Below, in pieces: positions 18,241 to 24,000 of a DNA stretch of 24,000 nucleotides. The stretch's first letter is position 1. Each line of letters begins with the position of its first letter. Origin of the DNA: an uncultured Phycisphaerae bacterium (GTDB lineage Bacteria > Planctomycetota > Phycisphaerae > Sedimentisphaerales > Anaerohalosphaeraceae); NCBI GenBank assembly GCA_937949545.1, contig CALEDR010000038.1, forward strand, positions 53,503 through 77,502, read 5' to 3'. The position numbers and the translations under genes are program-made. Below the pieces are notes generated by a model that was not told the origin of the DNA, did not search any database, and saw nothing but the letters and a program-made list of their open reading frames with translations.

Positions 18241-19050
18241 ATGAAACGAAAGGCATTTACCCTGATTGAGCTGCTGGTTGTTATTGCTATTATTGCGCTG
18301 CTCTTGTCGATTTTGCTGCCTGGCTTAAAGACAGCCAAAGATATTTCCAAGCGGGTTATTTGTGCCTCGCGTCTTCGTCAAGTGGGAGTGGCGATGCGCT
18401 CGTATTCGCAGTCGTATGAAAATCTGCCGGATGCGGTGGACCGAAAAGGCAAGCAGGAATTAGGGCATGGGTATGCGGTCTATCGCGGAGATAAGCCCGA
18501 ATGGATTGATGCCAACGGCAAACCGATACCGATTCGCTGGGCGAAATTGTATGAGAGCGGCTTTATGGAGGAGCCGAAGATTTTTTATTGTCCGGGCAAT
18601 CGCCTGGAGCTGTATAAATATGAATCCTACTGCCAGCCGGCTCCGTGGGGCACTTTGCCGCAGGATTTCAATGCGCGGAACGGCAGCAACCAGTGGATTC
18701 GCATCGGCTTTACCTATTTTCCCATCGCCCGCAATCCGGTGATGTCCACTACCATCTTTGCGCCCGCGCAGTTCCCGAAGAAATTCACGGATTTGCATCC
18801 GTCTTTGCCGTATGCAACGGATGTCTTGTGGGGGCGGAAGAACCTCAGCCATCAGCGTCTTCAGGATTCCGGTTCGGAGTTTAAGGCATCCAATAATTAT
18901 TCGGTCAATGCCCTTTTTGCGGATGCTCATGTGAGCAACTGCAAGAATCCGGAGGTCTTCAAACATCCGGTCTGGGACCGGTTTGACGGCAGTCAGGTGG
19001 ATTATAACGAATACTATTACACCGTGTTCCGTCTGATCGGCGGAATGTAA
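18241..19050 (+). CDS. Prepilin-type N-terminal cleavage/methylation domain protein (DUF1559-like pseudopilin)
   Basis: The N-terminus MKRKAFTLIELLVVIAIIALLLSILLPGL is the classical type IV pilin/T2SS leader. The C-terminal NALFADAHV motif is typical of the DUF1559 family that is expanded in Planctomycetota. The start could alternatively be at 18235. Confidence 0.85.
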   Translation: MKRKAFTLIELLVVIAIIALLLSILLPGLKTAKDISKRVICASRLRQVGVAMRSYSQSYENLPDAVDRKGKQELGHGYAVYRGDKPEWIDANGKPIPIRWAKLYESGFMEEPKIFYCPGNRLELYKYESYCQPAPWGTLPQDFNARNGSNQWIRIGFTYFPIARNPVMSTTIFAPAQFPKKFTDLHPSLPYATDVLWGRKNLSHQRLQDSGSEFKASNNYSVNALFADAHVSNCKNPEVFKHPVWDRFDGSQVDYNEYYYTVFRLIGGM

Positions 19051-19120
19051 TCTTGCTGCCCCTTGGGGGTTCCGACGAAACACATTCAGTAAACAGAAAA
19101 CAGAGAAGAAAATCCGAAGT

Positions 19121-20338
19121 ATGATTCCGGTTGCCGTTATAGGTACAGAGGGGTATGCACATAAGCAGCTGGAACGGATTTTCTTTTTAAATACGTGCTT
19201 TGATGTTGTGGGCGTCTGCAGCGAGCCGAACCGCCGTGAAAAAGGCTACCGGATGTGCGTGGAGCGCGGCATTGACGTGTTCGACGATGTGAAAAGTTTA
19301 CTGGAGGCGGTGCGGCCGCGGGCGAAGGCGGTTTTTGTTTTTACCGGGATTGACAGCCATTATCAGTATGCTCGGCAGTGTCTGGAGCAGGGATTTGAGG
19401 TCTTTTTAGAAAAGCCGCCGGTGCCGACCATTCAGCAGATGGATGATTTGATTGCTTTAGAAGAGCAGACCGGACGGCGTGTGGCGGTGCTGTTTCAATA
19501 TTTATACAGCGGAATTGTCCAGACGCTCAAACGCCGGATTGTTTCGGGTGAGTTCGGGCAGGTCCGGCGGGTTCGTTCGCTGGCGGCCTGGCAGCGTCCG
19601 GATGCCTATTTTCGGCGGAATCACTGGTGCGGCACGGTGCGGACCTCCTGCGGGGAATGGGTGCTGGACGGGACGCTGAACAATCCGCAGGCGCACGTGC
19701 TGAGCAATTCGCTGTATCTGGCGGGTTTGCAGGCGGACCAGATGGCTTATCCGCTGGTGGTGGAGGCGGAGCTGTACCGTGTGCACGAAATTGAATCTGA
19801 GGACACCAGCAGCATGCGGATTGTGTGCGAAAACGGCTGTGTGCTGATTCACAACACGACGCTTTGTTCGGCCTCGGAAGTGCGCAGCGAAACGGTAGTG
19901 GAATGCGAGCGGGCAACGATTACGTACCGCAATTTCAATCAGGCCCAGATTGTTTTCAAGGACGGCCGTCAGGCGGAGTTTCTCGAAGAATCCGAAGACC
20001 CGCGGATGGAGATGCTCAAGGATGTGGCGTTCTGTTTTGAGACGGGCCGTCCTTATAAGGTGCCGCTGTCGCTGTGCCGTCCGTTTACGCTGTGTGTGAA
20101 CGGGGCGTTCGATTCGAGCGGGGAGCCGGCGGATATCGACCCGGCTCACGTGGTCAAAAGCCGTCATAACGGGCTGCCGATTACGCTGATTAAGGATATC
20201 GTGCCGATTATGCAGCGGGCTCACTCGAGCTGCCAGCTGCTGTCCGAAATCCAGGTCCCCTGGGCCCGTCGCGGGCGTCCGATTGTGATGAAGGAATATT
20301 CGAGTTTTCCCGGTCAGCGGGTGTCGTGGGAAAGCTGA
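19121..20338 (+). CDS. Gfo/Idh/MocA-family oxidoreductase
   Basis: 405 aa. N-terminal Rossmann beginning MIPVAVIGTEGYA and the family EKP motif (VFLEKPPVPT). Confidence 0.7.
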   Translation: MIPVAVIGTEGYAHKQLERIFFLNTCFDVVGVCSEPNRREKGYRMCVERGIDVFDDVKSLLEAVRPRAKAVFVFTGIDSHYQYARQCLEQGFEVFLEKPPVPTIQQMDDLIALEEQTGRRVAVLFQYLYSGIVQTLKRRIVSGEFGQVRRVRSLAAWQRPDAYFRRNHWCGTVRTSCGEWVLDGTLNNPQAHVLSNSLYLAGLQADQMAYPLVVEAELYRVHEIESEDTSSMRIVCENGCVLIHNTTLCSASEVRSETVVECERATITYRNFNQAQIVFKDGRQAEFLEESEDPRMEMLKDVAFCFETGRPYKVPLSLCRPFTLCVNGAFDSSGEPADIDPAHVVKSRHNGLPITLIKDIVPIMQRAHSSCQLLSEIQVPWARRGRPIVMKEYSSFPGQRVSWES

Positions 20339-20523
20339 CGCCGCTGACCGCGGCTGACTGTGCTTTGATTTCTTCTTGGGTGAATGGAGGGGGTGTTGTT
20401 GTCTCTGTTCGGGTCATTGGAAAACACAAGGCAGCACAAAAGAAAATGGTGCTGTCTGGCGGGAAAGGCTAGGCGAGGATATCCTGGATTTGTGGTTACG
20501 CTTCTGTGCAAGGTAGAAAGGCA

Positions 20524-23500
20524 ATGAAAACAAAGAATCCATCCTTCGGGCGCAATCCGCTTCGAAAGAGCTTGCTCTTGTGGTTCGGCTGTTTTCTGTG
20601 CAGCGATGTTGGTCTGTCTGCGGCCTCGGCAATGCTGCAGACGGATATTCTCTACGGGAAGGCGGGCGGACAGGAGCTGCGGTTGGATGTCTGTGTGCCG
20701 CCGGGCCGGGGACCTTTCGGGATCGTTCTGTATGTGCACGGAGGGGGCTGGAGCAGCGGCGATAAAACGCAGGACCGGGATGAACTGCTGGAAGTCTTTA
20801 CCAAAGCGGGGTGGGTGTGGGTTTCGGCGGATTACCGGTTGGCGCCCGCGCATCGGTGGCCGGCGTGTCTGGAGGATGTGCAGGCGGCGATTCGCTGGGT
20901 GAAACAGCATGCAGCGGACTACAAGGGAGACCCGAACCGGATTGTGCTGGCCGGATACTCCGCCGGCGGGCATCTGGCTTGTTCGGCGGCCGTTTGGGGC
21001 AAAGAGGATACGAAGGTTCAGGGGGTCATCGGTCTGGCGCCGCCGGTGGATATGGTGGCCGACAATCAGCGCCGCGGCGGATTGAGCACCTCAATGCAGA
21101 ACCTGCTGGGGCTGGGGCCGGAACTGAATGAAGAGTCTGCGGCGGTTTTGAAAAAAATTTCCCCGATTTGGGATGTTCGGGCGGGGCTGCCGCCGTTTCT
21201 GCTGGTTCACGGCACACGCGATCAGAGTGTGCCGTATCAGCAGTCGCTGGATTTGAAGGCGGCTCTCGAACGGTGCGGCGTGCCGTGTGAACTGATTCCC
21301 ATCGAAGGCGCCGGACATCGTCTGACAGAATGGGAGCGGTTTGAGCCGCACTGGAAGCAAAAAACGGCCGATTGGCTCCGGAGGACCTTCGGCCCTTCTT
21401 CCTCCCTTTCCGGCCGGCGGATTGTCGTCAGTGCGGATGGAAAGGGAGATTATTCCTCAGTTCAGACGGCGATTGATTCGATTCCGTCGGGCAATGCCGA
21501 ACCGGTTGAGATTTGGATTCAGCCGGGCGTGTATCGGGAACGGATTGTCATACCGGAGGACAAACAGCTGATTCGAATGAAGGGGCAGGATGCCCGCACG
21601 ACGATCCTGACCTACAATTTGTATGCGGGGATGCGGGATGAGAGCGGCAAGGAAATCGGCACATTTGCGACGCCTTCGGTGACGATTCGGGCGGACGATT
21701 TCGTTGCGGAGGACCTGACCTTTGAGAACACGGCCGGACCCGTGGGGCAGGCGGTCGCACTGGCGGTCTTCGGCGACCGATGCGTTTTTCGGCGGTGTCG
21801 GTTTCTGGGCTGGCAGGATACGCTGCTGGATCATCGCGGGCGGCATTATTATGAGGACTGCTACATTGCCGGTCATTGCGATTTTATCTTCGGCAGCGGC
21901 ACGGCGTTTTTTGAACGATGTCATATCCATTGCCTGGAGGCCAGTTATATCACAGCCGCCTCGACCCCGCCGGAGCAGAAGTGGGGCTTTGTCTTTTCCA
22001 ACTGCCGCATAACGGGGGAGCCGGCGGGGCGGGCCAAGACCTATCTGGGGCGTCCGTGGCGGGATTATGCGAGTGTGGTTTTTCTGAACACGGAGATGGC
22101 AGACATCATCCGTCCGGAGGGCTGGCACAACTGGAACCAGCCGGCACGGGAGAAGACGGCCCGGTATGCAGAGTATCAGAGCCGCGGCCCTGGGGCCAAT
22201 CCGGCGGCGCGCGTGCCGTGGTCTCGACAGCTGACCCAAGAAGAGGCCCGGCAAATTACGGTGCCTTCCGTTTTGGGCGGTCAGGACGGATGGTATCCGA
22301 AGACGTCGGGCGAGTCTGCTCGTACGCCGAAAAAGGAACAGGGTCTGCGGCTGTGGTACACACGGGCGGCGCAGGAGTGGACGGAGGCCCTGCCGATTGG
22401 GAACGGGCGTCTGGGGGCAATGGTGTTCGGCGGGGCGGCTCAGGAGCGGCTTCAGTTCAATGAAGATACCCTTTGGAACGGAGAACCTCATTTCTACCAT
22501 CGCGAAGGGGCGGTCCAATATTTGCCGCAAATCCGGCAGCTGCTGGAGGAAGGCAGGCAGAAAGAGGCGGAGGAGCTGGCGGCTCGGGAGTTTATGAGTG
22601 TGCCGCTGCGCCAGAAATCATATCAGCCGTTTGGGGATTTGTTTCTGCGGTTTGACGGTCATCAAGGGGCTTCCGATTACCGGCGGCAGCTGGATTTGGA
22701 ATCCGGCGTTGTAAAAATTCAGTATCGGCTGGGGGATGTGAAATTTGAACGAACCTATTTTGCCAGTTATCCGGACCAGGTGATTGTCGGGAAAATCTCC
22801 TCCGATCGGCCCTGGCAGGTTTCGTTTACGGCCGCTTTTCAAAGCCCGCATGAGGAGATTGCTGTCCGGCGAATCGATGACAGTCAAGTCGAGATGACCG
22901 GCCGGGTGAAAGACGGACAGCTGCGGTTTGCGGCCAGACTCCGTGTTTGGGCGGAAGCCGGAACGGTCAAAGTTCAGGATGACGGCTCAATTGCGGTGGA
23001 ACGGGCGGATTCGGCCTTTTTTGCGCTGACCGGTTTTACGAGTTTCAAGATCTTTCAGGATATCAGCGGCGAGCCGTCGGCCAAGTGTGCCCAGACCCTG
23101 GAGAAAGTTGCCGGCAGGATGTATGCGGAACTTCTGTCGGCCCATCAGGCCGATTATCGCAGTCTTTTTGGGCGTGTTCGGCTTGATTTGGGGCAGACGC
23201 CGGCGGCGGAATGGCCGACAGATGAGCGGCTCAAAGACCCGTCTGCCGACCCGGCCCTGGCGGCACTGTATTTTCAGTATGGGCGATACCTTCTGATTTC
23301 CAGTTCCCGGCCCGGAACTCAGCCGGCAAATCTGCAGGGCGTATGGAATGACCAGCTGAATCCGCCATGGGGCAGCAAGTACACGGTGAATATCAACACG
23401 GAGATGAATTACTGGCCGGCCGAAGTCTGTAATTTGTCCGACTGTCATCAGCCGCTGTTTGATTTGATTGCGGACTGTGCGGTCAGCGGGCGCAAAACCG

Positions 23501-24000
23501 CTCAGGCCCATTACGGGGCCCGCGGCTGGGTGCTGCACCACAACACGGATTTGTGGCGGGGGACGGCGCCCATCAATGCCGCCAACCACGGGATTTGGGT
23601 GACGGGCGGGGCGTGGCTGTGCCATCATTTGTGGGAACATTATTTGTTTACCCAGGATGAGCGGTTTCTGGAGAAGCGGGCCTATCCGCTGATGAAAGAG
23701 GCCTGCCTGTTTTTCGTTGATTTTCTGACGGAGGACCCGAAAACGGGTTGGCTGATCAGCACGCCGTCCAATTCTCCGGAACATGGGGGGCTTGTAGCCG
23801 GTCCGACGATAGACCATCAGATTATTCGCTCGCTGTTTGAAGCGACAATTCAGGCGGCCCGAATCTTAAAAAAGGATGACGAACTGGCCGCTCAGTTAGC
23901 CCAAATCAAAGACAGGATTGCTCCCAATCAGATTGGGCGGCACGGTCAGCTTCAGGAGTGGCTGGAGGATAAAGACAAACCGCAGGAAACACATCGTCAT
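20524..24000 (+). CDS. Secreted tri-modular CAZyme (partial, runs off window): alpha/beta-hydrolase esterase + CE8 pectin methylesterase + GH95 glycosidase
   Basis: Absent from the ORF track because no stop falls inside the window. I translated frame +1 codon by codon from the ATG at 20524 to 24000 and found no stop; the upstream in-frame stop is TAG 20470-20472. The signal peptide is MKTKNPSFGRNPLRKSLLLWFGCFLCSDVGLSAASA.
- Esterase motifs: VHGGGW and GYSAGG (GxSxG).
- CE8 motifs: PGVYRE, QAVAL, GWQDTL, DFIFG and YLGRPW.
- GH95 N-terminus: LWYTRAAQEWTEALPIGNGRLGAMVFGG...FNEDTLWNG, with ETHRH at the window end. Confidence 0.85.
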   Translation, partial: MKTKNPSFGRNPLRKSLLLWFGCFLCSDVGLSAASAMLQTDILYGKAGGQELRLDVCVPPGRGPFGIVLYVHGGGWSSGDKTQDRDELLEVFTKAGWVWVSADYRLAPAHRWPACLEDVQAAIRWVKQHAADYKGDPNRIVLAGYSAGGHLACSAAVWGKEDTKVQGVIGLAPPVDMVADNQRRGGLSTSMQNLLGLGPELNEESAAVLKKISPIWDVRAGLPPFLLVHGTRDQSVPYQQSLDLKAALERCGVPCELIPIEGAGHRLTEWERFEPHWKQKTADWLRRTFGPSSSLSGRRIVVSADGKGDYSSVQTAIDSIPSGNAEPVEIWIQPGVYRERIVIPEDKQLIRMKGQDARTTILTYNLYAGMRDESGKEIGTFATPSVTIRADDFVAEDLTFENTAGPVGQAVALAVFGDRCVFRRCRFLGWQDTLLDHRGRHYYEDCYIAGHCDFIFGSGTAFFERCHIHCLEASYITAASTPPEQKWGFVFSNCRITGEPAGRAKTYLGRPWRDYASVVFLNTEMADIIRPEGWHNWNQPAREKTARYAEYQSRGPGANPAARVPWSRQLTQEEARQITVPSVLGGQDGWYPKTSGESARTPKKEQGLRLWYTRAAQEWTEALPIGNGRLGAMVFGGAAQERLQFNEDTLWNGEPHFYHREGAVQYLPQIRQLLEEGRQKEAEELAAREFMSVPLRQKSYQPFGDLFLRFDGHQGASDYRRQLDLESGVVKIQYRLGDVKFERTYFASYPDQVIVGKISSDRPWQVSFTAAFQSPHEEIAVRRIDDSQVEMTGRVKDGQLRFAARLRVWAEAGTVKVQDDGSIAVERADSAFFALTGFTSFKIFQDISGEPSAKCAQTLEKVAGRMYAELLSAHQADYRSLFGRVRLDLGQTPAAEWPTDERLKDPSADPALAALYFQYGRYLLISSSRPGTQPANLQGVWNDQLNPPWGSKYTVNINTEMNYWPAEVCNLSDCHQPLFDLIADCAVSGRKTAQAHYGARGWVLHHNTDLWRGTAPINAANHGIWVTGGAWLCHHLWEHYLFTQDERFLEKRAYPLMKEACLFFVDFLTEDPKTGWLISTPSNSPEHGGLVAGPTIDHQIIRSLFEATIQAARILKKDDELAAQLAQIKDRIAPNQIGRHGQLQEWLEDKDKPQETHRH

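Noticed and set aside
20314-23817. Large minus-strand ORFs 20314-20973, 21457-22530 and 22987-23817
   Set aside because: All lie antisense to the uninterrupted frame +1 CAZyme ORF, whose esterase, CE8 and GH95 motifs are unambiguous. Their translations are Arg/Pro-rich nonsense.

Overview
High-GC chromosomal window, about 60% GC by hand counts of single 60-nt lines. It is probably from a Planctomycetota/Phycisphaerae-like bacterium; this is inferred from a prepilin-N-terminus/DUF1559-type gene, a XylR-like regulator and several CAZymes. Most of the window is ordinary core and membrane genes: DUF502, a CaCA antiporter, BI-1/YccA-like, DUF2784-like, secreted GH43, tyrS, ligA, nadD, a nucleoside deaminase, a CN-hydrolase, an AraC/XylR regulator, a DUF1559 pseudopilin-like protein and a Gfo/Idh/MocA oxidoreductase.

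The stand-out is an AT-rich island of about 5.4 kb (roughly 5541-10997; about 33-38% GC in counted lines) between tyrS and the ligA neighbourhood. It has no integrase, transposase or tRNA. It carries a tightly coupled operon: a GHKL/Bergerat-fold ATPase with a long Gly/Pro/Thr-rich linker, two orphan proteins and vsr. This operon converges on a C5-cytosine methyltransferase. A small orphan ORF with its own promoter is also present. I read this as a candidate undescribed methylation-linked (R-M-like) defence module in which the GHKL ATPase and two unknown proteins occupy the place of the restriction endonuclease.

Other notable items:
- Perfect 31-bp tandem duplication and a heptamer microsatellite at the left edge of the island.
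- Complete promoter-SD-terminator unit for a 23-codon Lys/Ala-rich mini-protein, absent from the ORF track.
- An open frame of more than 1150 codons (20524 to the window end), also absent from the track. It fuses an esterase, a CE8 pectin methylesterase and a GH95 domain.

All functional calls come from motif recognition by eye. No database search or computation was possible. Several ORF-track starts use non-ATG codons or are over-extended; I trimmed these to the first ATG with a plausible RBS.
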